A stretch of DNA of 64,000 bases. It comes from Candidatus Melainabacteria bacterium (GTDB lineage: Bacteria > Cyanobacteriota > Vampirovibrionia > Vampirovibrionales > JAJTHC01). A program made the position numbers and the translations under genes. Numbering within the stretch: position 1 is the first letter of the stretch; each line of letters begins with the position of its first letter. Shown piece by piece: positions 48,458-58,236 of this stretch. Location: assembly GCA_033763415.1 (NCBI GenBank), contig JANRKP010000007.1, positions 9,046 through 73,045 on the forward strand, written 5' to 3'. The notes under the pieces are model-generated. The model saw only the letters and a program-made list of their open reading frames with translations, had not been told where the DNA came from and ran no database searches.

Positions 48458-49360
48458 ATGGTTCCATCGCCTACTTATCGCTCTTCCAGAGATTTTGAAC
48501 ACACGCCGCTGCGTATTGGGGTTTTCGATTCCGGCGTGGGTGGGCTCACGGTTCTGGATCGCCTGCTGGACCGGCTGCCACCAGCCGAGTACTTTTACCT
48601 GGGCGATACGCTGTTGATGCCTTACGGCCTTCGGCCGCTTGATGAGCTCAAGTACCGGCTACTGCAAATCCTGGACTGGTTTCAGCGAGAGCATCAACCC
48701 GATTTGGTGGTGGTGGCCTGTAACACGGCCTCTGCCACACTGCCCATTCTTCCAGAACTGCCCTACCGAGGGCACCAGATTGATCGATTGGCCGTGGTGG
48801 ATACCATTCATCCCATCTGTAGTCATCTCGGGGGGCTGGAGCAACCGTTTGAACGGGTGGGACTTATGGCCACGCCTTCCACCATTCATAGCCGACGCTA
48901 CAACGAACTGATGCACCAGTGGAGCAGTAAAACCCGGTTGAGGGCCATTCCGTGTCTGGGTCTCGCCTCTGCCATTGAACACGGGCAAACGCACACCCCT
49001 GGGTTTATGTCTCTGTTGGAAGGCTACGTTAAGCCACTGGCCAATTGGAACGCCCAGGGCATTATTTTGGGCTGCACCCACTATCCACACATTCGTCCGC
49101 AAATCGAACGCATTCTAAAGACGCCGGGGCCGCTTATTTTGGATCCCGCCGAGTGTGTGGCGGCGGTGGTTGCCGCGCATTTTGGCCTGACGGAGGAACC
49201 CTCCACCGGCGGCGCGAGCGAACCGGGACGACGCCCGCCGCGTCGCGTGCATTGTATGGTCACTGGCTCGGCAGATGCGTTTTTAACCAGCCTGAAGCGT
49301 CTGGCCATCCAGGATCTGTTGTTAAACGCGGTAGAAAACGTCCACATCCGTCATCAGTAA
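48458..49360 (+). CDS. murI: Glutamate racemase.
   Basis: IGVFDSGVGGLTVL and VVACNTAS motifs plus GCTHYP. The track ORF starts at 48404; the internal Met is chosen. Confidence 0.85.
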   Translation: MVPSPTYRSSRDFEHTPLRIGVFDSGVGGLTVLDRLLDRLPPAEYFYLGDTLLMPYGLRPLDELKYRLLQILDWFQREHQPDLVVVACNTASATLPILPELPYRGHQIDRLAVVDTIHPICSHLGGLEQPFERVGLMATPSTIHSRRYNELMHQWSSKTRLRAIPCLGLASAIEHGQTHTPGFMSLLEGYVKPLANWNAQGIILGCTHYPHIRPQIERILKTPGPLILDPAECVAAVVAAHFGLTEEPSTGGASEPGRRPPRRVHCMVTGSADAFLTSLKRLAIQDLLLNAVENVHIRHQ

Positions 49361-49410
49361 CTGACGCATCCGCCTTCAGGCAGCATTTTCCCGAATTCGG
49401 CACAGCACAC

Positions 49411-51039
49411 CTAGTGCCGCGAAGCCTCGGTCGTCGGGCTTTGGGAGGATGGGGACGATGACTGTGATTGTGGCGGTGACGTGGTTGCCGACGGGGAAGG
49501 CTTGGGCAGCGTGGTAACGTTGGGCAGTGCCGGTTTAGGCGCAGGCGTTGGCTTAGGCACCGACAGTTTGGGCTGTGGCGGCTTGGCAGGGGCGGACGCC
49601 GCCGAAGCTTTTGGGGTGGGCTTGGTGGCCGCTGCCGGTTTGGGCACTGGTTTAGCAACGGGTTGTTTGGGCGTCGGTTTCGGGGCAACTGGCTTTACCG
49701 GAGACGAGGGCGTGGAAGCTGCTGCGTTGGCGGATGGCTTGGTGGCCGCAGGAGCACTTTGCGCCTTTGGTGGAGATTGCGGTTGCGGCTGGGCTGCTTG
49801 TGGTTGCAATTGAGGCTTCACCCCGGATTCTGGCTCTGCCTTTGCTGCCGAGGACGATTTTTCAGCCGCGTCCGCAGCAGTGGCAGGTTCCGCAGCAGGG
49901 GTGCCCGCCGCTTTGGCAGGGGTGGGCGGCTTTGGCACAGGCAACGCAGGCATACCGGGTGGCAGGGAAGTAGGCGGTAGCGTTTGATGCAGCCAACGGA
50001 TTAATTCGTCCTGAATGGGCGGATGGTTAAACAGCATTTCCACCCCGGTGCCCACCCCGCGATACAGCCGAATGGCCTTGGCCCCCACCACCATTTGGTA
50101 CAACTTTTGGGTTGCCGAAAAACTAACCGGATCTTCCTCGCTGGCCATGAGCATAACCGCGTTGGGATACGCCACCAACGGCACCGGGGTTTCAATACCC
50201 TTAAGATTAATGCCAGGGGATAGCAACGCCAGCGCCTGGATCGTATCCGGGTAATTGCTCCCGGCTACCACGGCCGTGTTGGCGCCAATACTGGCGCCCA
50301 ATACCGCGACGTGCTCGGCATCGATTTGCGGATAGTCACTTTCCGAGGATTTTTTCAAATAGCGCAGCACCCGGCCCAGGTCGTTGGGCATCTGGCGCCA
50401 TTCCGTTTCCGTTAAAGTTCGCCAGGAACGCTGCTTTTGCGGGCCCGTGTAACCCACACTTTCGCCATGGCCGCGCAAATCCAAGGTCAGTACGGCGTAG
50501 CCTTGCCACACCAAACGCTTTACAAAAAAGCCCCAATCCGCCTGCCGCCCATCCAGGCCATGGAGCAACACCACCAAAGGGTAAGGCTCCGGGGGTCTGG
50601 GTTTTTTCTTAGGGGGTAATGGCAACGCTTCCTCTTCCTCGGCAGCCGCTTCGTCCGTTGCGGGGGGCGGGGCCGGAGGATGAGTCACTTGCCAGGGATC
50701 GTACAGTCGGCCCACCACCTTAAAACCATCGGCCGAATTCATTTGAATAAGCTCTGAAGGCAAGGGCTTTTCTGCCGGAGCGAGGGTCGTGTGCGCACTG
50801 GCGGCTTCTGCGGCTTCTTCTTCCGAGGTGGCTTCTTCCTCCTCCTCCGTGGCGGCGTGTTCGCCTTCTGGCGGAGTCGGTCCCCCGGATTGACAGCCCA
50901 CCAGCAGTAAAGAGGAACTCAACAAAATGATCAACAACACCCAAACAGCAAGGTGGTTCACGGTGCTTGGCCCTACACCGGTTGATCTTTCACCTCGCCC
51001 TTGCGGTTGAACGAACCCCAGCATCCGCATTCCGAACAA
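49411..51039 (-). CDS. Alpha/beta hydrolase (dienelactone-hydrolase-like) lipoprotein with a ~170-aa Pro/Ala/Lys-rich C-terminal tail.
   Basis: Lipobox-like LLLVGCQ after a hydrophobic segment. Hydrolase core PLVVLLHGLDGRQADW...LDLRGHGES...LGASIGAN. The tail is PAKP-type low complexity. Start position uncertain. Confidence 0.75.
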   Translation of the reverse strand: MFGMRMLGFVQPQGRGERSTGVGPSTVNHLAVWVLLIILLSSSLLLVGCQSGGPTPPEGEHAATEEEEEATSEEEAAEAASAHTTLAPAEKPLPSELIQMNSADGFKVVGRLYDPWQVTHPPAPPPATDEAAAEEEEALPLPPKKKPRPPEPYPLVVLLHGLDGRQADWGFFVKRLVWQGYAVLTLDLRGHGESVGYTGPQKQRSWRTLTETEWRQMPNDLGRVLRYLKKSSESDYPQIDAEHVAVLGASIGANTAVVAGSNYPDTIQALALLSPGINLKGIETPVPLVAYPNAVMLMASEEDPVSFSATQKLYQMVVGAKAIRLYRGVGTGVEMLFNHPPIQDELIRWLHQTLPPTSLPPGMPALPVPKPPTPAKAAGTPAAEPATAADAAEKSSSAAKAEPESGVKPQLQPQAAQPQPQSPPKAQSAPAATKPSANAAASTPSSPVKPVAPKPTPKQPVAKPVPKPAAATKPTPKASAASAPAKPPQPKLSVPKPTPAPKPALPNVTTLPKPSPSATTSPPQSQSSSPSSQSPTTEASRH

Positions 51040-51119
51040 ACCTCTCTCTCCATATCCTTACAGACTGGATGCCAGGGTTTACCCAGCACACCTGCTCACA
51101 ATACCACCAAACAACATAA

Positions 51120-52580
51120 CTAATGCACCGGCTTGGGAAGCGTCAGCGCAAAGGTGGCGCCTTCTCCTGGCTTACTACGCAACAGTTCTGCATTACCCCC
51201 ATGGGCTTGCAGTATTTTACGAACATGCGCCAAGCCCAGGCCCGTGCCCTGCTCCTTTGTGGAAAAATAGGGGGTAAACAGCTTGGGTGCTACCTCTGGT
51301 GCAATCCCGGGGCCTTCATCGGCCACTTTAACGTAGAAATGGGCATCCTGCTTGCGGCTCGCCAAGGTCACCGTCACGGTGGTGTCTTTGGAAGATGCCT
51401 CCAGCGCATTTTTCAGAAAGTTGATGAGCGACTGCCGAATGCGTCCGACATCCAATGGCATTTCAAAGCTCTGGTCACAATCGGCATTGCGCGGCAACTT
51501 TAGCAGTAGCCTCACTCCCTTTTCCTCGTAGGAGGGGCGGTAAAACTCGGTGGTTTCTGCAACCAGTTTGGCCAAATTGCTGGTTTCCAGCTTCAGGGTC
51601 AGCGGACGGGCATAGTCCGTCAATTCCGACAGAATGGTCTCCAGGTTTTGGGTGGCCGAACGAATCATGCCCAGGTTTTTAAGCAGCTTGCCCTCGGCCT
51701 CCGGGTCGCTGGCCAAATGGCCCGCCTTCTGCTGCTGAATTTGCGTTTCTACCAACTTGGCGTACAGGTCAATTAAACCCAACGGGTTACGAATTTCATG
51801 CGCAATGACGGAACACAACTGACCCACGGCCGCCATTCGTTCGCTTTCTACCACGCGCTTGTGCAGGCGGCTTTCCCGCTCCAGGGCCATGGTCAGCTCG
51901 CGATTGCGGGTTTCCAGCCCATGGATGAGCGACGATGACAGTAGGTTTAACTTGTCGTCGTAACGGCGATCGACCGGCGTATTTTCTAACGCCTGCATCA
52001 GTTCGGCGTCTTCCAGCGGTTCTAGCAGGTGTGTGGCAATGGTTCGGGTATCGGAAGGATGAAACGTCCACCCGCCCTCGTACATCCGAAACGTGTCATC
52101 GGTTTCCGAAGTCCAATAAATGGTGGCGCACAGGCGGTTGGTAAGCACCACCAAAAAGCCGGTTTGGGCCGATAAATCCCACTGTGTGTTCGAAATGGCA
52201 TCCGTCCGGTAAAGCCTTAAACCAGGCCGATGCTCCAACGCCAACGTGGTTGCCTGAAAATCGGCATCTCCATTGGTGCGGGCCAACACCAACCCCCCGA
52301 GGTTTTGATCCCGAATAATGCGCGTAACACAGTGCGCCAGCCCTAAAAAAGTAGCCTTGGAAAACAACCCATGCGACGTACTGAGGTGAGACAACAGGGC
52401 TTCCAGGCGGGCCTGAGACTGATTGGTTGCAGTGACCGCCGGGGTACTGGCATGGCCGCCATGAAAAGACTCAACCGCATCGCCATCCGTTGGTAGAGCC
52501 GGGGTCGAAGATAGTATATTTCCTGAAGATTTGGACGATGACGACACGGTAAACCATTCCCTCAACAACATCCAACGCAA
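51120..52580 (-). CDS. Sensor histidine kinase (N-terminal sensory domain, HisKA, HATPase_c).
   Basis: H-box AHEIRNPLGLI. N/G boxes NFLKNALEAS ... ADEGPGIAPEVAPKLFTPYFSTKEQGTGLGLAHVRKIL. Downstream of the response regulator 52892..53608. Confidence 0.8.
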   Translation of the reverse strand: MRWMLLREWFTVSSSSKSSGNILSSTPALPTDGDAVESFHGGHASTPAVTATNQSQARLEALLSHLSTSHGLFSKATFLGLAHCVTRIIRDQNLGGLVLARTNGDADFQATTLALEHRPGLRLYRTDAISNTQWDLSAQTGFLVVLTNRLCATIYWTSETDDTFRMYEGGWTFHPSDTRTIATHLLEPLEDAELMQALENTPVDRRYDDKLNLLSSSLIHGLETRNRELTMALERESRLHKRVVESERMAAVGQLCSVIAHEIRNPLGLIDLYAKLVETQIQQQKAGHLASDPEAEGKLLKNLGMIRSATQNLETILSELTDYARPLTLKLETSNLAKLVAETTEFYRPSYEEKGVRLLLKLPRNADCDQSFEMPLDVGRIRQSLINFLKNALEASSKDTTVTVTLASRKQDAHFYVKVADEGPGIAPEVAPKLFTPYFSTKEQGTGLGLAHVRKILQAHGGNAELLRSKPGEGATFALTLPKPVH

Positions 52581-52891
52581 TGGGCTTTATTCTGGCCACG
52601 AATCGATTAGAAAAACCACAGGTGCCGCTCTAACAGCATCTCCCGGGAGGCATTGTCTACTTTCTCGCAAGCTTTGTGTTTAGCAACCACACCCGGCAGT
52701 CTATCAGGGTGCTACCGGCCTAAGCTGCCGGGGAGTAGGAAAGAAAACACAAACGCTTTGAAGACAATACGCACACCGAATTGGCTGCAAGCACGCACCT
52801 GTGGCGATTGAAGTTTATTTTATACCAAATTGAACAATACTGGGTAAAAACGGCTTCGTGCTTATTTAAAGCCGCACTACCAGAGGTGCGC

Positions 52892-53608
52892 CTAAACTGC
52901 CGTGGGCAGTTTGTTGCTGGTATCCACCAGGCCGTATTTCAGGGCGTACAAAACCGCCTGGGTGCGATCGTTGACCTGAAGCTTTTGAAAGATATTGTTC
53001 ACGTGGGTTTTAACGGTTGTTTCGCTAATAACCAACCGATCGGCCACACCCTTGTAGGTAATACCTTCCGTCAGCAACTTGAGCACTTCTTTCTCTCGGC
53101 TGGTTAAGTAGCTGAGCATGGCCTGTTTGTTGGGGTCCGGCTTGCCGGAATCGGATACCCGGTTGTGGAATTCATCGAAGAATTTAGTGGCCAACGTGGT
53201 GGGCAAAAACACACGGCTGGCCGCAATGTCTTCGATGGCAGAAATGAGCTGCGAGGTGACCATGGTTTTTAAAATGTAGCCGCGGGCCCCATTGCGCATG
53301 GCTCTAAACACAAGCTCGGGGTCATCGTAGCCGGTGAGGGCCAAAATTTTAATTTCCGGGCGGCGGGCCAAAATTTGCTGAATGGCGTTAATGCCATCCA
53401 CCTCTGGCATATTCATGTCCATCAGCACCACGTCAATATCGGCATTGTTAATGCGCTTGAGCGCCTCTTCGCCGTTGGTGCAAATGCCTGCAATTTTGTA
53501 ACTAGACTGTAATTCCAGCAACTGTTTAATACCAGCGCTATGGTTGGGGTTATCATCCACAATTAGCACCCGAAGGCCAATTTTAGTGGTTTCCGTACTT
53601 CTCATCAT
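52892..53608 (-). CDS. NarL/LuxR-family response regulator.
   Basis: REC (LRVLIVDDNPNHSAGIKQLL...VLMDMNMPEVDG) plus LuxR HTH (LTSREKEVLKLLTEGITYKGVADRLVISETTVKTHVNNIFQKL). Confidence 0.85.
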   Translation of the reverse strand: MMRSTETTKIGLRVLIVDDNPNHSAGIKQLLELQSSYKIAGICTNGEEALKRINNADIDVVLMDMNMPEVDGINAIQQILARRPEIKILALTGYDDPELVFRAMRNGARGYILKTMVTSQLISAIEDIAASRVFLPTTLATKFFDEFHNRVSDSGKPDPNKQAMLSYLTSREKEVLKLLTEGITYKGVADRLVISETTVKTHVNNIFQKLQVNDRTQAVLYALKYGLVDTSNKLPTAV

Positions 53609-54204
53609 CTCGTTCCGACTCTCCTATTCACCCGGTAGCACACAGTGATTCATTCAACAAATCAAGTCATCTATTTTGCAATACAACCGCAGGGGGCCAA
53701 CTGGTGCATAACGGTTGGCAACTGCTTCCTATTGCAATCTATCGCAACGGCTGCTTCACAGGCCTCGCCCAATACTTTTTGGTGTTTCGTTAAAATGCCC
53801 CATTAAACGCAACGGGTCTGGCGTCACTGGTATTCATCGCGGGTTTGGGCGATACAGCCAGTCCGTTTCCCCCAGGAGGCTTACAAGAGCATTTTTTAAA
53901 AAAGGTGGGCGGCTCTCTCTCTAACTGGTCATTTGTTTATAACAAGCACAGTATTCACAAGTACCGTACAAAAGCTGTGACCCAAACAACACTGGATTAC
54001 TGCAAAACGCAATAGGGAAGCAACCCGTGGCGCGTCTCTGGTAAAAGCATCCTTTGGACTACACTGGTTATCATAATGCAGGGCGACCTCTGGGTACATC
54101 GTCTGGAGGATGGAAACACGTCCGCGTAAAATCCACCCAATGGCCAATAGCGGGTTTACTCCCATTTGTATCTATCCATTGGCGAAACCCCTACCAGGGC
54201 ATGT

Positions 54205-57200
54205 TTATGTTGCCGTGCTTTGCGGGCACACTGCCCGGTAGGCGCAACGGTTACAGTGCGCGTGCTCCGAGCGCAGGGGCAAGGCATCGGGTTGGCGGAG
54301 TAAATCCTGCACCAGGGCAGGAACAACCGAAAGCAGGGTCTGCTGGCCATCTATGGCCCAATCGGCCAAAGACGACTCCCACACCTGTTGAGGGCCACAC
54401 ACAATCAGGCGCACCTGCTCGTTGGGAATCTCTCTGGAATACTGCGGCAAAGAGACGTTTAACGCCTGTTGGTAAAACCATAGCTGTTGAAAGTACGCCT
54501 GTTGCCTTGCCTGAGAAGGAGGCGCCGCGCTTTGTGTTGTTTTAAAGTCCAACAGCAGGGTGGTTTCCGTGGCCGGGTTAAACGCCAGGGCATCCATTTT
54601 ACCGCGCAACACCACGGCCTGGGCCGGTTCAAAGGAAAAACCGTAACGGCTAAGCAGTGGGTTTAAATGAAAGCGAATGGGTTGCTCCGTCCACACCTGC
54701 CGGTAGCCTTGCTGCAAAAGCGCAGGCCAGGCGTAGGCAGATTGCTCAAATTGTCGGTACAGCGCCCGAACCAACGCATCTTCCTCTGCCGATAGTCCGG
54801 CAAAACGCAGCAGGTCGTTCATTGCACTGTCTGCCAGTAAGCCATTGGAATGTTGCTGGCCTGGTTGCTGCTGACCACCGTGTTGGCCATACCCGTGCTG
54901 CCGATAGTGTTGCTGAATAAGCCGGTGGACCCACTCGCCGCGCAGAGCCGCCGTCTGTGTTTCAGGCAGTGGCGAGGGGGGGCTTTGCGCTTCGGCGGCA
55001 CACACCGTTGTTGAGAGCACAGGCGGCGGCTCTGGCAAGTGCAACACATCTCGCCAGTAGTACCAAACCGGGCATTCCTGGTAGCGTTGCAGGGCCGATA
55101 CACTGACATGCACCGTCATTTTTTGCGCCAAAGCAACCGAATGTCCTTCCAGCAAAAGCGCTTCCATCCCCGCGCCAAATGGCGCCTGTTCTCGGTCAGG
55201 CAAACACGGCTCCGCCTGCCGGGCCTCCACCGCCACAGTGGTTGTCGCCAGGGAGCTTTCTGCCGTTTGCAGGCGCGCTTGTACCTGCTGCCGCCAACGC
55301 CCTCGATCCGCTGAGGCGTACTGCGTGTGTAACGGGCACTGTGCGTCAGATTCCTGCCAATGCACCAGCGCGTTGGGTGGCAGCGCATACTCCCTGAGCA
55401 GTCCCTCAATAGAAGGAACGAGCGTCCACTCGGCAGATTGAACAGACCGGGTCACATACAGCCGGTCTCGCGCGCGGGTCACCGCCACGTAAAACAGCCG
55501 CAAGCGCTCGGCCTCCTCTTGCGGCTTCTTCCAAATGTGGCGATACCAATCCTTTTTCCAGTTTTTACGCCCGTTCACCCGGCCCAACATTAAACCAAAG
55601 CCCGGCTTTCCAGGGTACTGCGGATCAAATACCACGGGCGCGCGACTGCTGGGTGCGGCCTGCTTGGCGCGCCCCACCCAGGACACAAACACCACGGGAA
55701 ACTCCAAACCTTTGGCCGCATGGAAGGTTAAAACCTGAACCGCCTGACGCTCGCCCAGGCCGGGTGGCAACGGCAAGGTCAAATCTTTTTCCTGGGCCAG
55801 TTCGGTCAACGCCCCAAGCAACCATTCGCCCGCTACCATTTCACCGTTCAACGCCCAATGATTGGCACGCCCCTGCAAGGCGGCGCGGTTTTCCTGGAGC
55901 GCGCGGGTCATCAGGGCTTCCAGCACCTGTAGCTGTAACCGCTGCTGAACGGCCTCTGTCGGAGAGGCATCTGGCAAAATAAGCCCTAGCGTGTTGGCGG
56001 CCTGGTGAAACAGCCGAACCCAATCTCCCTGTTTTTTACGCTGGGCCAGCAGAACAGAAAACGACTGCTGAAAGTGCACCAAGGCCTGCTGAACCTCGGG
56101 CGGAATCCGCTCCAGCCAGCGCAAGCATTCCAACTCCAGCGCGTGATCCACACCAGGTATTGCCTGGCCAGATTTTGGCTGGGCCAACAGCCCTGGCAAC
56201 TGCTGCAACAACTGCCAGTAGGAGGCCCGATGAGGGAGCGTTTCTGCTGCTTGGTCCTGCAAGCGCCTTGCCAGCGATACACGCTTACGAAGCTGATTGA
56301 GCGCCACCAACTGCAACGCAGACAAACGCCCCTGCAACAGGCGAACCATGCTCAAGTCATCCTCTGGATTCACCAGCAGGCGCAAAAGCGCCATCGCGTC
56401 CATAATCACGGGCTCTCGAAAAAAGCCGGGGTTTTTGGGCCGAATAACAGGCAGGCCCATTTGCCGAAGGCTTTGCTCCATTGCGTAGGCCTGTGCATGC
56501 GTTTCCACCAGGACGGCAATGTCTCCAGGCATCACGCCTTCATCTGCCACCAAGCGAGCCGCCTCAGCGGCGATAAACTGCCGCTCTCTCACTCTTAGGG
56601 CCGCAATCGGTTCCGGCGGTTTTTTTTCAGTCCCTTGGCCAAGGGTCGCCTCTTCCTGTCCCAAAGTCACCCAGTGGACACTCCCTGGGGAATGCTCACA
56701 CAGGGGGCGACCCACGTGCAAGCGCTGGGCAGGGTCTTCCGCCGTAATGCGATCCGCCAGTACGTTGGCAAAGGCCACCACGGGCGGTTGGCACCGATAG
56801 TTTGCCTGAAGCGCCACCGTGTTGGGCGGGCATTTGCGATCAAACATCAGCGTGAGGTTTTCCGGCTGGGCAAACCGAAAACCATAGATAGACTGCTTGA
56901 TATCGCCCACCACCGTAACGTTAGAGGTGGTTTGAGGCGGTTGGGCCTCCTCCTGCGGCTGACTGCGTTGCAGGAGGCGCAGCAAACGCAATTGGCTGCC
57001 ATCGGTATCCTGAAATTCATCCACCAGAATGGCGTGAAATTGCCCTTGATACTGGGCGCGAATCTCCGGGTACGCATCGAGCATCTCGATGGTTCGGTTA
57101 ATCAAATCGTTAAAATCGCAGCGGTTTTGCTGCTGTAGCGTGTATTGGTAAAGCGCATACAAGGCGGCTGTTAGCCGGGTTAAATGGCATTCGGCCTGGG

Positions 57201-58236
57201 TCCAGGCGTTTAGGGTGGGTTCATCCAGCGTAAGGCGCGCATTTTTTTTGAGAGTACTGCCCAAATACCACTTGCTCTTCCACAGGGGTTTTACCTTTTC
57301 TCGGTACGCCTCGTTGTTCTCTGCCTCTTCGTAGCAGTGCTGTAGCCAGCAGGCATCCGCCCAATCCTTCCAGTGCGAAGCCCATTCCCAGCAAACGGAC
57401 TGCATCTCCATAAAGGGTTCGCCCGTTTGCGGATGAACCGTTGGAACGGAGCGAATTTGCCGGTCAAAACGCTGAATTTGTGCCAGGGTATTGTCTAAAA
57501 ACTCCTTGGGAGACCACCCGGAAGCTTTGACCTGATGAATGATACCGGGCAACAGGGGCAACAGCTCCGAAAGGTTTTGCAAGCCGAGGGTTTGCAGGCT
57601 GGGTAACGTAAAGTAGTCGGCAGGCAAATCCTCCTGCAAGCCCACCTGGCGCAGGGCGGCCTCCAGGTGAGGACAGTGACCGGCGTGCACCTGCTGAATG
57701 ATCGATTGCCAGAGCCCCTCCTGCGTGGCTGCGTCCATCGGGCTGACCGATTCGCTCAGGGCGGCTTCCAGCGGGTGTTTTCTCAACAAGCGGTTGCAAA
57801 AGCTGTGAAAAGTGGTAATCCAGTCTTCCGCGGAAGATAAGGCGGCTTCATCCGCCTGGCGCATGGGCTGTAAATGTCGCTGCAAGCCCTGATGGATGCG
57901 TTCGCGCATTTCGCCCGCCGCTTTTTCGGTAAACGTTAACACCAGCAAATGCTGCTGTGGCACTACAACGCCTTGCGCCAACAGCTCGCTGGCCAGGTGT
58001 AGAAAGCGTGTGGTAATTACCCGGGTTTTACCCGTACCCGCACCCGCCATCACCCGAAGCCCCTGGGTGCTTGCGGCGGCAGTGGCCTCCAGTTGGGCGG
58101 CGTTTAGGCCTTGGAGATACTCTGGTATGGTTTGCACACCGGCAGGCAGACGGACCTCACTCATTTGCAACAACCTCCCCGTCGGACGCCAAATCCTCCA
58201 AGTCGTCTGCAACAGAAGCTTCGCACACCTGAGCAT
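54205..58236 (-). CDS. UvrD/Rep-type helicase fused to a C-terminal PD-(D/E)XK nuclease with a Cys cluster (AddA/AdnB-like subunit).
   Basis: Walker A MAGAGTGKTRVITTRFL, helicase motifs across ~900 aa, and a C-terminal nuclease region ending ...HAHCNRCAYRAVC. 1343 aa. Confidence 0.8.
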   Translation of the reverse strand: MLRCAKLLLQTTWRIWRPTGRLLQMSEVRLPAGVQTIPEYLQGLNAAQLEATAAASTQGLRVMAGAGTGKTRVITTRFLHLASELLAQGVVVPQQHLLVLTFTEKAAGEMRERIHQGLQRHLQPMRQADEAALSSAEDWITTFHSFCNRLLRKHPLEAALSESVSPMDAATQEGLWQSIIQQVHAGHCPHLEAALRQVGLQEDLPADYFTLPSLQTLGLQNLSELLPLLPGIIHQVKASGWSPKEFLDNTLAQIQRFDRQIRSVPTVHPQTGEPFMEMQSVCWEWASHWKDWADACWLQHCYEEAENNEAYREKVKPLWKSKWYLGSTLKKNARLTLDEPTLNAWTQAECHLTRLTAALYALYQYTLQQQNRCDFNDLINRTIEMLDAYPEIRAQYQGQFHAILVDEFQDTDGSQLRLLRLLQRSQPQEEAQPPQTTSNVTVVGDIKQSIYGFRFAQPENLTLMFDRKCPPNTVALQANYRCQPPVVAFANVLADRITAEDPAQRLHVGRPLCEHSPGSVHWVTLGQEEATLGQGTEKKPPEPIAALRVRERQFIAAEAARLVADEGVMPGDIAVLVETHAQAYAMEQSLRQMGLPVIRPKNPGFFREPVIMDAMALLRLLVNPEDDLSMVRLLQGRLSALQLVALNQLRKRVSLARRLQDQAAETLPHRASYWQLLQQLPGLLAQPKSGQAIPGVDHALELECLRWLERIPPEVQQALVHFQQSFSVLLAQRKKQGDWVRLFHQAANTLGLILPDASPTEAVQQRLQLQVLEALMTRALQENRAALQGRANHWALNGEMVAGEWLLGALTELAQEKDLTLPLPPGLGERQAVQVLTFHAAKGLEFPVVFVSWVGRAKQAAPSSRAPVVFDPQYPGKPGFGLMLGRVNGRKNWKKDWYRHIWKKPQEEAERLRLFYVAVTRARDRLYVTRSVQSAEWTLVPSIEGLLREYALPPNALVHWQESDAQCPLHTQYASADRGRWRQQVQARLQTAESSLATTTVAVEARQAEPCLPDREQAPFGAGMEALLLEGHSVALAQKMTVHVSVSALQRYQECPVWYYWRDVLHLPEPPPVLSTTVCAAEAQSPPSPLPETQTAALRGEWVHRLIQQHYRQHGYGQHGGQQQPGQQHSNGLLADSAMNDLLRFAGLSAEEDALVRALYRQFEQSAYAWPALLQQGYRQVWTEQPIRFHLNPLLSRYGFSFEPAQAVVLRGKMDALAFNPATETTLLLDFKTTQSAAPPSQARQQAYFQQLWFYQQALNVSLPQYSREIPNEQVRLIVCGPQQVWESSLADWAIDGQQTLLSVVPALVQDLLRQPDALPLRSEHAHCNRCAYRAVCPQSTAT

